A stretch of DNA of 64,000 nucleotides, taken from NCBI RefSeq assembly GCF_009914755.1, contig NC_060938.1. The stretch is one strand, 5' to 3'. This DNA is from the human T2T-CHM13v2.0 reference genome, Homo sapiens. Shown here piece by piece: positions 32,016-48,335 of this stretch. The first letter of the stretch is position 1; every line of letters begins with the position of its first letter. Under the pieces are notes generated by a model. That model did no database searches. It was not told the origin of the DNA and saw only the letters and a list, made by a program, of their open reading frames with translations. Both the position numbers and the translations under genes were made by a program.

Positions 32016-32480
32016 TTTTTATTTTATTTTATTTTTAAGACAGGGTCTCATTCTGTCACCCAGGCTGGAGTGCAGTAGTATGATCTCAGCTCACTGCGGC
32101 CTTCACCTCCCAGCCTCAAGTGATCTTCCCCCTCAGCCTACTGAGTAGCTGGGACCACAGGCATGCACCACCAGCCTGGCTAATTTTTGTTTTATTTTTT
32201 CTAGAGACAGGGTCTCACTATGTTGCCCAGGCTTGTCTCAAACTCTTGGGCTCAAGCTATCCACCTGCCTAGACCTCTCAAAGTGCTAGGATTACAGGCG
32301 TGAACCCGGCCCTTTTTTCTTCTTTTAAAAACTAGGGACAGGGTCTTGCTCTTTCACCCAGGCTGGAGTGCAGTGGTGCAATCATAGTTTACTGCAGACT
32401 TGAACTCCCGGGCTAAAGTGATTCTCCTACTTTGGCCTCCCAAAGTGTTGGGATTACAGGCTTAAGCCACCATGCCTGGG
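32016..32480 (-). mobile_element. AluJ (32016-32311) plus adjacent monomer (32313-32480)
   Basis: Alu consensus with J diagnostics. Confidence 0.85.
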
Positions 32481-32616
32481 CGAAATGTATTGTATCTTTA
32501 AGAAGTATCTAGCCTGCCATGTAATTTAGGGGATGTGTTTGAGCCATTTGATCCTTCACATGATGGATCTGGTGGTGGAGACGGGGGTTTCTAATGTACA
32601 ACTGTCCCCTAATATA

Positions 32617-32650
32617 TTAGGTTGGTGCAAAAGTAATGGCAGAATAATCC
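32617..32650 (+). mobile_element. MADE1/Hsmar1 terminal inverted repeat fragment
   Basis: ta|TTAGGTTGGTGCAAAAGTAAT matches the Hsmar1/MADE1 end and is preceded by the TA target. Confidence 0.8.
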
Positions 32651-33299
32651 AATAATCCATCAGAAATTGGTTTTTGGACTTCAAGAAGATGTATACAACA
32701 TCATTCTGAACTGACAGCCTCAGTTCAGAGCCCTCCTGAACCACAATGGCCTGTGAGGCACAAGACTCCGGCTCACTCATTCGGCCTGGTCCACTTACTT
32801 ACTCTAGCGTCCATCCCTAGTCAGTGGCAGGGCTGTAGTTGGCTATGATCATGTATCAGTTGCTCATCCAGTGGACGTCCAATCAGTTAGTTGGCCATTC
32901 ATTCATTCATTCATGCAGGCATCCAGTTATAAAGACATCCATTCACCCACTCAACAGAAATCTGCTGAGAGCCTACTACGTGCTGGGAACTATTTTCACA
33001 TCGGAGACAAAACAGAGGGTGACATGAAGAGCACGGCCCACTTGGAGCCTACGGAGATGGCGCTGAGCGGTTTCGCAGGAGAGCTCCTGCCCCGGAGGAT
33101 TAATGCCCAGCACCTGGCTCATCCTCCCCACACCCCTAGCTCTTCTCCCGCTTTGCTCCTTCCAGCTGGGGCTGAGCATGGGGTCCCAACCCCGCTGGTG
33201 AGAAGCTCGAGGTAGGGATGAAGCGGAGAATGGAAAAGGTGACTGGAAAACAAGGATATAGCGGGAACGTTGTAGGAAAGGTGGCGTGGAGAGGCGACC

Positions 33300-34200
33300 C
33301 TAGCGTGGCCGGGAGCGTGTTTCCAAGTTGCGGCGAGCATCCTCTTTGGGGGAGGGGCGGGAAAGGAAAGGAGGGGAGGGGGACGGACGCGGCGAGGCGA
33401 GGAGGGGGAGATCCAGCCTCTAGGCGCCGCAGCTCGGCCGTTCTGCCCGGGAGGCTGGGCTCTCAGGACGCCGGCGGCGGCCGCAGGGCTGGCGGCTGCT
33501 GGGCGCGGGGCGGCGCGGGGCGGCGCGGCGCGGCGGGGGCGCGCGGCAGGAGGGGCTGTGCGCGGCGCGGCCCCCGAGCGCACCGGGCCTGCCGAGGAGC
33601 GCGCGCCCGGCCGGGCTCGGCGCCGGTTCCCCGAACCTGGGCGGCCGTCGGGCAGCCCCCTCGTCCGACCATGGCGACTGACAGTGAGTGCGCTCCGGCC
33701 GCGGAGGCCAGGGGTGGGGGGAGGCCGCGGTGCCCAGGGTGGGAAGTTCGATTTCAGACGCTGCCTTTGTGCTGGCTCGCGGCAGCAGCGGCCGGGTCCC
33801 TCTCCGCTCCTCACCCTTGGCTGCCTGGCGGGGCTTGAAAGGGCAGGTGGCCCTGGCGGCGCGCCCCGCGAGGGATGTGGCAGAAGGGCGTGCGCCTGGC
33901 GCCGAGGCGGAGGGACCCTCGATGCCGTGTGGCAGCGGGGCCTGCCATCGCAGCCCTTCGCGGGCACTGCCCCCAGGCCCAGAGCCAGCCTTCAGCGAGC
34001 CGGGCAAACGAAGGCACTGCGCGTTTTTGGCGCTGTGAGTTCAAGGTTCGCCTCGAGTTCTGGGTCGGGTTTGTGCGTCTGCCTTTTGGGGATCAGGGTG
34101 GCTTGCATGGCTCGGCTGCCCGGTGGCCCACGGGCTGTATTCGCAGCGGGCAGCACAAGGCCGGCTGGAGACCGCATCTGGTTACCATGGTCAGTGGGTG
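33300..34200 (+). promoter_or_regulatory. CpG island / GC-box promoter (probably SYT16)
   Basis: Abrupt rise in GC and unmutated CpG, several GGGCGG boxes, and a first-exon donor (ACA|GTGAGT) inside the island. Confidence 0.88.
33671..33683 (+). CDS. SYT16: 13-nt first coding segment (MATD + phase-1 base) at the 3' end of the first exon; start of a long SYT16 isoform or a uORF
   Basis: ccgaccATGG is a strong Kozak context, followed by GCG ACT GAC A|GTGAGT, a consensus donor. The SYT16 assignment rests on recalled gene order (SNAPC1 then SYT16 on 14q23) and on similarity to the short SYT14 first exon. Confidence 0.6.
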
Positions 34201-34490
34201 GGAGGAGTGCCTGGAGACATCAGGTTGAAACTCTGAATGGAAGCGTTGGAAGGCGCTGGGTTGGCCTGCTTTTGGCATCTTGGCACCGCTGCTCTTATGG
34301 CTCAGTGCCTTTGGAAATTGGAATCCCGTCTGTGAAAACTGGTTAAGTTAGTTGCGTTTGAAGCCAGATACGTATTAGTGAAGCTTCAAAGGGAGTTCAG
34401 AGTAAAACCAAGTCACACCTGCGTACCTAGCATCCAAAGTCCCTAGCACAGGTGTGGCGCATGTTAGGGACTTCATTAGATGAGTGAATG

Positions 34491-34640
34491 GGGCTGGATG
34501 TGCTGGCTCAGGCCTGTAATCCCAGCACTTTGGGAGGCCGAGGCGGGAGGATCACTTGAGCCCAGGAGTGCGAGGCTGCTGTGAGCTATGACCCTGCCAT
34601 TGCACTCCAGTCTGGGCCACAGAGGAAAAAAACAAAAATC
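34491..34640 (+). mobile_element. FLAM-type Alu monomer
   Basis: Monomer consensus with a short A tail. Confidence 0.8.
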
Positions 34641-35839
34641 AAATGGTGTGCTGGCTACAGAGGCCCTTTGGAAGGTATTTTTTTTTTTTTTTTTTTGAGA
34701 GGTGAGGAGGAAAAGAGATGGGAAAATGAGATGTCAAAATTTCTGCAATAATTTATTATTTTTCTTGTAAACAATCATCCCAGCCAAGAACACAGCTTTA
34801 GGATAGTGTGGAGAGCTTGAGTTTTTGTAGTCAAACAGACCTGTATTTTATCTCTCTAGAATTCCCTAGCAGTGGGACCATGGCACTGTCCTCAGTTTCT
34901 CTAAATTAGGACAAGGCTGTCATTCATAGCTCTTACAAGCGATGGGCACACAGGTGGCCTTCAGTAAATGGTGGTTGTCCTCTCCCTGCTGTTTTGCCAT
35001 CATCTGATATGTGTGGGGATACCAACATGCTTTCCTCCTTTTTAAAGAGAAAAATGTTGATCAGGTGTTTCCAGTAAAATCAGCTAATTTGGGCCAAATT
35101 TCCCTTTCCTCAGCTCTGTTCATTTATACAAAGTGTGATTCCATTCGTGTGTGTGTGTGTTTAGAAAAAAAATTATGGTTGAAGCTTTACTTAACAAAGT
35201 AAGACTCAACAAAGAAGGAGATCATGAGATTTGGCCTTATTGTGTTATTAATGAAAAACAAAGGCAAAGGGGTTCAAAGTATCTACCAGCAACTGTGCAT
35301 CACACACATGCAGTGAGACACTGTTCTGCTATTTACTTTCTTATGTTTTGGTTAAGATGATACATTTAGTACCCTAGAAAAATAAACTGAGATGCTTCCA
35401 TACCAATTTATTTAGATTGATGTTTCTTCTACTTCCTTATATGGTATACTCAACTGTACTGAAGAATCAAACTTTTGCCCATTGATTTTGTTTATGAAAA
35501 AATTATGATGATATCTGACCATCTCAGCTCTTGACCAGTTTTTTAGGCTCAATCTTATGTTCTTTCTTAGCTGAGATGGAGCTAGAAATCTGAAAGGTTT
35601 CCAAACTGTGGAGAAACATTATTTTGTCTTTTTTCTTATTCAAAACTAATGTGAGAGGCTTACTATGTGTCCCTACTATCAAAAGGGAGAGAAGGAAAGT
35701 ATTCTCAGTCAGTGTCTTGAAAAATTTCCCGCAAAGCTTGACCATGTTTGCAGCCCGAAGTCCTACAACCTTCTGTTAGCATGGAGATGATTTTGAAAAC
35801 GTAGAGCCCAGGGCTTCTCCCAGATACAGAATTCTTTAG

Positions 35840-36070
35840 TTAGCTCTGGTTCTTAGTCCTAGTTGCATATTAGAATTACTCCAGAGAGCTTTAAAAAAGA
35901 CCCTGACATCAGTATTTTTAAAAAGGAGGTCTTAAACTTTAACATGCATCAGAGTTACTCAGAGGACTTATTCAAACAGATCGCTGGACTTCACTCCCAG
36001 AGTTCCTGATTCAGTAAGTCTGGGGTGCATCCTGAGAATTCACATTTCTAACAAGTTCCAGTGATACAGG
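35840..36070. mobile_element. MER5A-like (hAT-Charlie) relics
   Basis: gcatcagagttac...gattcagtaagtctggggtg...gagaattcacatttctaacaagttcca. Confidence 0.65.
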
Positions 36071-37602
36071 AACTACTGTTCCTCTGTCCTTCTCCTTACC
36101 TCTGCAGGTGAGGAAGTGACAGGTGAGAGGGAGGTAGGAACAGAGTGATGATCACTTCTTTAGCAGTCCTGTCTTGTCACCATGCAGTGACTACATGACC
36201 TCGATAAGATAAATCAAACCTGGGCACAATATTGCCATAGGGCTATAGCTGAGTGCTTCCCTCAACCCCCATTTTTCTCCCCCACAAAATTTCCCCTTGA
36301 GGGAAAAATTGGTTCTAAAACCAGGCGAAATCCAAGTATTCTATTCCAGTCATTTCTGGAGAGAATCCAGAAAGACCTTCTATATGAATGTAGCATGTAA
36401 ATTATATAAAATATGGAGATATTTTTAAAATATTTGCCTGGAAACTTATAATGTTCACAAAAAAGAACATAGCCAATAGAAAATGTTCTTATATCTAGAT
36501 AGCATGCTGTCTAAGGGCAGATTCCAGAGGAGAAAAGGGGAACTCGAGAGCTTCAACTAGGTTTTCAGTAAGTTATCATGAAATCGTGAGGAACTTTGAG
36601 ATCCCAGTCTGTTATATAAAGTGGTGGTACTTGGGTACTGAACTATTTCATGATTTCCTCAGTGACAAGTATTCCAGATAATATTTTGTTTCCAGAACAC
36701 AAAAGTAGTGAAGCGCTATTTTATTTTTTTATTCCATTTATGGCATATGTTGCATTATTAGTACTTCCTTTTATAGGTGTTTAGTTTTGAAGTCACTTTA
36801 ATCTGTTTGTAAGAATAATTTCTTAGGATCAGCCAGGCATGTTTAGGTAATGTTGGAAACATCTAACTCTATTATACCCCAGAAATCTTGGGCAGTTTTC
36901 AGGTGGATGTGTCTTTGGGGCTGTGACAGATGAACATTTGGTATTGTAAAAGGAGACATCTGTCCCCGTTTGGGTGCTCCTGGTTTCCTGGCTGATCTTG
37001 TGTCATTTTTGCCTGTTGCATCCCAGGCTGATGTTCCTGCCCTGCAGTCAGTCTCCACCAGCAGCCACTTTTTCCCTCCTTCTTTCTTGTTGGCAACCTG
37101 CAGTTTCCTTTCTCCCCATCCTGTCTACTCCATCAGCAATTTCCACTCAGTGCTCAGTCCTGGAAGAGGGTGGGTGGGGGTCGGGGATCAAATATAAGCC
37201 CTCAACAAGTCCACGTTAGAAACTAGTGCTAAACAGTGACTTGAGATACTCAGGATTTCAGATGCCTAGACTTTAAAAGAAAATTGCTTCACTTTGGCTG
37301 AAAATGGATGGAAAATCTTGAGTTAAATGATTTCTAACCCTAGTCATTATTAAAAAGTTTACAAATGATGCCAACTAAAAAATATAGACAAAGAGAGTTA
37401 GAAAATTACTACTTTGAAACCATCATAGCAATAATTAATTCAAGCAAGATTCATCCATGGATGCTGAACTGTTATGTGAAAATTTTAAGAGGAACAGAAT
37501 TATTTACATTGTTAAAGAATTTCCCCCAGGACAACCCATTTCTTTAGGATCCCTCTCTGCTGCAGAGAGCTCTTTCTTTCTTAGTTAAGAACTTCCACTC
37601 TT

Positions 37603-38453
<851 letters not shown>

Positions 38454-39267
38454 TCAGTGTCATGAAAGATGGCTGAGGCACTGTTCAGATTGAAGAAGAC
38501 TAAAGAGACCACTAAATGCAATGGATGATTTCAGGTTATATCCTAGATGAGGGAAAAAATGCGACAAAGGACAGTGTTGTGATAATTGGTGAGATTTGAA
38601 TATGGCTTGTATATTGGATAATAGCATTGTATCAGTGTTAAATTTCTTAAATTTGATATTTTTATTGTGGTTGACATGGGACATGATATCTGTACCTAAA
38701 TGTCAAAGGCTTTAGGAAAAAAGGATATATGCATGTATGTGTGCATTTATATGTATATGTGTATCATATGAGAGAGAAAGCAAAGGTGGCCGAAGGTTAG
38801 CATTTGGTAAATTTAGGAGTTCCTTGTGCTGTTCTTGCAGCTTTTCTGCGAATTTGGGGGAGGGAGTTTATAAATGAAAGCACTGAGCTATTAATCTGTA
38901 TTCTAGGCTTTATGGTCTAATACTATTGAGTTTACTTTTTGAAATAAATAACGTTGGACTCCTAATTCTGTTGTGAAGTGATAATGTTAACAAAACTTTT
39001 TATTAGGGAAAATTTCATATACACAAGAAGAGAGAATAGTATAGTGAACCCCCATGTATCCAGGTCACATAGCTTTAATGAGCGTTGGTATTTCACCAGG
39101 CTTGTTGCATCCATCTCCACCTCCACCCCCACTTTTCTGGGAGAGGCATTTTGAAGGCAAATCCAAGACATCATGATGCTTCACTGCCCCTCTGTGCATA
39201 CTTCCCTCCTCATAATCCCCAAGCTTTTATCAGACTTCAGTAGCAATTCTGCAATAATAGATGACAG

Positions 39268-39682
<415 letters not shown>

Positions 39683-41304
39683 TTATAAACAGTGTAGAAG
39701 AAAAGGTCTGTGAACCTGCTTGTTCTTGTTTTGTTTGCTAAACTGCTCCTCCTGTTTTTAAACCAAGAATTAAATTCTAGAAGAAAACATAAATATGGTT
39801 ATGGTGGCAATATTCTCAACTGATTTACCCAGTTGATGTTATCTTATTGAAACATTCTAAGAGTAAATCAGCATAAATAATTTCATACTGTTTGAATAGA
39901 ATTCCTATGTTTTCATTTCACCATGGCATCTTTGAATTGGTAAACCCAGTAAAGCTTTTTCTTGACCAACCTGAGTTTCTAAATGAATCTAAAATTTGGT
40001 CTATATGTTTTATAAAAGAAATGGGACAGACATCTTGGGAGGAATAAACCTTCCCTTCTCCTGAGTATAGTAGATTTGGATGACATTTGTCCTTTTAGAT
40101 CACTAGGGTATTATTTAGTCATTAACTATTATTTAGCATTATGAATGATAAGATGGCTATTATGCCATTTAACAATTGTCTGTATATTAAGATGATAATC
40201 AAACTCACTGACAGTGCTTTCTAGTAGATTGGAGAGGTATCTGAAGTGCATATTACAAAAAAAATTTTATGCACAGCTGTCATCCTTCCATTAAGGATTA
40301 TACATATCTGATTTTAGGTAGTTTACATTTATGGATGGATATTACCCCTTTAGAATAAAATTTTCTTATTGTGAGAATATAATATTCTTCTGGCGTCTAA
40401 TTTTAGGAATATAATAAGTCACATTCTATAATTTTACTCACAATGGAGCAAAGATTAAGAGACATAAAATGATTTTACCCACCCTGCATGAAAATGCCCC
40501 TGGTTTATATACTTAATTCAAAAGAGCACCATACAGATAACCTACCAATTACAAGGAGGTTTTCAATTGGCTTAGCTCAATAGAAATTGCAAAAGATTGA
40601 AGAACTGAGTGTGGTATGGTGGAAGAGAGCACAGGCCTGGTTCCAGAGGTGCCTGAGTCGTGAACTCTGGTCCTGCCACTCAAAGGCTGGGTAAGAGGTA
40701 AATTGTTTAACTTCCCGGAGGCTTTGTCTTATTCCACTCTGAGGAATTACAAGGAGTAAAAGAGATGGAACAGAGTTGCTGGCACAACATATGCATTAAT
40801 AAATGTCTGTCCCTTTACCTGCTACAAGATCCTTCCAATGGCGTGTACCTCCCCATAGGGTGTACCTCATATTATGAGAACAATCTGACTCAGAAACAGG
40901 GTGCCTAGTCATTGATTCCATTTTTTGTGTGTGAGGAATATAAAATTAAGAACAAATGATCTGTGTACAAATGTAAGACTAGGGAAGAGAATCTAGGACA
41001 AGCACCCAAAGGTGCAGAACTCAGATTTTAAATAGAAGTAATAATCATGTTTTCTTCCCCAATGTTTATTGTTTTGTGCAAGTGTACTTGTACCATGAGC
41101 ATGTGGATTTGTGAAATGTGCACACACACAACTTGTAGAAACCTTGGGAGAATTCACTGATGGGCTGTGAAAAGGGCTACAACAGCTACCTCTTTGATTT
41201 AAGAGGCAAGAGGGTTTTGAGCACTTCTCCGCTGATGTGCATTTGGCGATCTCTCTGGGCTTCGTGGCCTACCCCTCTCAGGAATGACTGATGGATGGCT
41301 ATAG

Positions 41305-41608
<304 letters not shown>

Positions 41609-41955
41609 TTTTCAGAGTTGAATGCCCTCCTGGCTCTGAAGTTTTATAAAAGCCCCTTCAATGATGTTGATAAGCCTGAAAAATTTCTGGCTGTTCCATT
41701 ATTGAGCTTTAAAAAAGCTTAATATGCTAGTAATACTCATACATAAATGACCTTGTCTCCACTGGTGCTGACCTTAGCCATCCAGCCCTTCCTTCTGGGA
41801 GTAGCCTTTCTCTGTCTCAGACATCTGCTCTGGGATCCTCCCACTGCCCATGTTGACATTCCCTGTCTCTCTTGCTTCCCAGCTCTTGCTCTAACTCCCC
41901 ATACCTGCCAATATGCTTTTCCCTTTGGTTTCACTATTCTTGGTATTTTGGCTGA

Positions 41956-42455
<500 letters not shown>

Positions 42456-42544
42456 CTAACTAGCCCAAATCAATTGTTAGATTTTAGTGGTGATAATTAG
42501 AATCACAGTCATATTTTCTACAGTGTTTTTTAAATACTCCCCTA

Positions 42545-43035
42545 TATTTGTTATCTATTGCTGCATAACAAATTACCACAAAGCTAGTGGCTTAAAAAAA
42601 CACTTATCTGTCATTCCACAGCTCTGTAGGTCAGGAGTTTGCTGGCTGCAATCAAGGTGTCAGCTATGGCTGGGCTTTCATCTGAAGGCTTGAGTGGGGC
42701 AGATCCACTACTGAGCTCATGGGCATTGACAGGATTCAGACTCTTGCAGGCTGATGGACTGAGGGCCTCAATTTCTTACTGGCTTTAGCTAGAGGCTACC
42801 CTCAATTTCCTTCTATGTGAACCTCCCAGTATGGCCTCTTGCTTCATCAAAGCCAGCAAGGGAGAAAGTCTGCTAGTAATAGAATCATGCAAGTGACATT
42901 CCATCACCTTTGCTGTATTCTCTTGGCTAGTAGCAAGTCATAGGTTCCTTCTTAACTCAAAAGGAAGGGATTAAACAAGGATGTGAGTACTAGGAGATGA
43001 GGATAATCATAAACCATCTTAGAGTCTGTCTGCTA
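42545..43035 (-). mobile_element. MLT1 (E/F/G-type) MaLR LTR
   Basis: tattgctgcataacaaattaccacaaa.ctagtggcttaaaa is a typical MLT1 antisense start. Confidence 0.7.
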
Positions 43036-43130
43036 TACTCCCCATGAAACTTTTATATCTACTTCTTCAATTAGATTTTTATTTGGAGTATTACATTTCC
43101 TCTTTAAGACTTTAGATATCATTGGGATGG

Positions 43131-43724
43131 TGTACTAGTCAGGGTTCTCCAGAGGGACAGAGCCAATAGGATATATCTATAAAAATGGATTTATTAGGGG
43201 AGAATTGGCTAACACGATCACAAAGGTAAAGTCCCAGCATAGGTCATGAGCAAGCTGCAGAACCAGAGAAGCCAGTGGCATGGCTGTCAGAGAGCCTGGT
43301 AGCATGGCTCAGTCCAATTCCGAAAGCCTCAAAACTGGGGAAGCCAACAGTACAGCTCCCAGTCTGAGGTCAAAAGACTGAGAGCCTCTAGGAGCTTGCT
43401 GGTACAAGTCCAACAATCCAAAAGCTGAAGAACCTGGAGTCTCACGTCCAAGGGCAGGAGGAGAAAGTCCTGCTCTGGCAGGGAGAGACAGAGCAGAGGG
43501 TGGATCCCCCATCTTTTCCCACACTCCTTCTTTGTCCTCGTGGGGCCACCAGCCAACTGGATGGTGCCTATCCATATTGAGGGTTGGTCTGCTTCTCTTA
43601 GGCCACTGACTCCTGCATCATTCTTCTCTGGAAACACCCTCACAGACACATCCAGAAACACTGCTCACCAGCCATCTAGGCATCCTTCAATCCAGTCAAG
43701 TTGACACCTACTGTTAACCATTGC
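43131..43724 (-). mobile_element. MLT2 (ERVL) solo LTR
   Basis: tgtactagtcagggttctccagagggacag...ccagtcaagttgacac...ttaaccattgca, with 5-bp TSD gatgg/ggtgg. Confidence 0.8.
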
Positions 43725-44169
43725 AGGTGGTAAAGCCTGAAATAACTGCCTCCGTCAGAGAAGAAATTGTTCTCTTCTTTCCAACCTGAGAGCTGTTGCA
43801 CTGTAGAAACAATGGCGCTGGAAGGGTAATTTTTGGTGTTTGAGCTGCTATTGGGGAAGTCCATCTGAATAAGAGGCTGCTGTGGTGAGCTCTGAAGAAG
43901 CAGAAGGCAGTATGCTTTGTGAATTTTATGCAAATGTTACAGATTTATAAAAATGAAAACACTCAAATTGTCTCATTTTTGGAAAAATTAAAAAACACAG
44001 GAAGTCAGGATGATGCTCTGAAACTCAGGTTGAAAGTGGGTAAAGGGCACAGAGTGAGACAAATGAGAATTATACCAAAGAACAACTGTTTTTTCATGGG
44101 AGAAAATGGATTGTTTTAGGGTACCTTGCCAATGTGTGAGGCATTATATGGGCATAGGGTATTACTTAA

Positions 44170-44563
<394 letters not shown>

Positions 44564-44651
44564 GTAAAGTTTTAATATGCTTATGTTGTATACTCTTAAT
44601 GATTTTATCCACTTCAGGCTATTGCTTTGCACTTACGAAAAGCATGATAGA

Positions 44652-45099
<448 letters not shown>

Positions 45100-45545
45100 C
45101 TATTCTCAAGAGTTTGGTTAATGGAAAGTACTGATTTGATTCCATGTCCCTTTCTTGAAACTCTGAACACTATTTGTAATCAACTTAAGACTATCCCACT
45201 CTTTATGAAGTCAGTTGGATCCTGGAGACAAACATTTTTATTTTATTGGAGAAAATTGGTCTATATAAAATGAATATAAAGAGAAGAGTCTGAACTCACT
45301 TTATTAAAAAGGGTTCTTTTCAGCACTGTGGCCCGAGTCCCATGCTGTTCTGTTTTCTCTTTGAAATCTTTGTCAATTCTCCCATTCAGAATCCGTCACT
45401 CATTTTATTCATATCTCCTATATACTTTTTCTTTTTTGGTCTTATTCTAGTCTATATTCTCCTTGAAGGAAAGAACTACTTCTGCAGATATTTCCTCAAT
45501 TTTGTTTTCTATTGAATATGCATGGTGATGGCTTATATATAATAA

Positions 45546-45855
<310 letters not shown>

Positions 45856-45942
45856 TATAATAAGCATTTTAATGTTTGCCCAGTTCATTCTGTTTATCTG
45901 CTGTGAGGCTGCCATTTTTTTCCTGCATCCCATCCTTTACTT

Positions 45943-46280
45943 CAGCAGTTCCCAGAGTGTGAACTCAAGGTAATGGTGGTCCCTAAGACTTTTAGAGGGT
46001 CTGCAAGGTCAAAACTACTTTCATAATAATAAGAATGTCTTTTTACTCTCATTTTATTAAGTGTACACTAAAATTTGCAGAGGGGGCATGAGGAGCTATG
46101 ACTTCATCACCATGTGGCTAATCGAACTTGTGCTTGTATATGCTTCTGTTTTAAAAATGTCTCATCTTTAATTTTGAATATGGGAAATATCAGTAAATAA
46201 AACAAAAACTAAAGTGCTTTGGGGTCCTTAAAATTTCAAAGTAGAAAAGAGCCCTAAAACCAAAAAAATGGAAAACTGCT
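45943..46280. mobile_element. hAT-Charlie-type DNA transposon relic
   Basis: cagcagttccca...gggtctgcaaggtcaaaactactttcataataat...gaaaactgct. Subfamily not determined. Confidence 0.55.
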
Positions 46281-46490
46281 TTTAGTCTGTCATAGGTTAT
46301 TCTGGAACAAATCCTCCACTAGCATCTTGAAAAATGAAGTGTGATCCTTGGTGGTTCTTTCACATTTGAGATTGGGGCACCAAAACAGCTTGTAAGGGCA
46401 GGGTTGTGGGCTGCTTTACTTGCTGTGTCACTTCAGGGTGGTTATTCAGGATTCCATTTCACTGTGGCCCCCTCTTGGTATTTGTAGATG

Positions 46491-47631
<1,141 letters not shown>

Positions 47632-47919
47632 TATTTTTTCTGGGCCCAGTAATTTTCTTTACAGATGAAGATTCCAATTTCCTGTCTCTGTCTCTCTCCC
47701 TGAAAGTGCTCCTGGGCATAAGCCTAGTTGTCATTATTTTGCGAATCCAGGAGGTGAAGAGACCTGGCAGACTTCCCTTTTATTATCATGGACTTGTCCT
47801 GAATACTCCATTTTTGGTACAGAACCTCATTCTTGCCACGAGGGATGCGAGGTTTCCAAACCCACAGCCTCTCTGCTTTTATTTCTCCAGAGATTAAACA
47901 GAGATCCCTGTAGACTTGC

Positions 47920-48335
47920 TGCATTGGTCAGCTGGGACTCTCATAACAAGATACCACTGTCTGGGTGGCTTAAACAACACACACGTATTTTCCTACAGTT
48001 CTAGAGGTTGTAAGTCCAAGACTGAGGTGCCAGGAGGGTTGGTGTTTGCTGAGGCCAAACACAACTTATAAATACCCCAACCCCTTTTAATATTCCTGGC
48101 TTGCCGGTGGCACCTTCTTTCCGTGTCCTTACCAGGGTGGAGGAGAGAAAGCTCTCGTGTTTTTTCCACTCTGCGGAAGCCCACCAGTTCCATTAAATTA
48201 GAGTCCCACCCTTATGACCTTATTTAATTTGAACTACCTCTTTAAAGGCCCCATCTCTAAATACAGTTGTATTCGGAGGTAGTGGAGTCAGGGCCTCAAC
48301 ATATGAATTTTGGGGAACATAATTCAATCCATGAC
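47920..48335 (-). mobile_element. MLT1 (A/B/C-type) MaLR LTR
   Basis: cataacaagataccac...ggtggcttaaacaac...ggggaacataattcaatccatgaca. Confidence 0.75.

Noticed and set aside
33119-34346. Long overlapping ORFs (282, 262, 206, 195 aa) on both strands
   Set aside because: These are Pro/Arg/Ala/Gly-rich frames expected in a CpG island where stop codons are scarce. They contain no recognisable domain.
45319-45337. REST/NRSE-like TTCAGCACTGTGGCCCG in a neuronal gene intron
   Set aside because: It has three mismatches to the core consensus, two of them in the GGACAG half, which is too weak to call.
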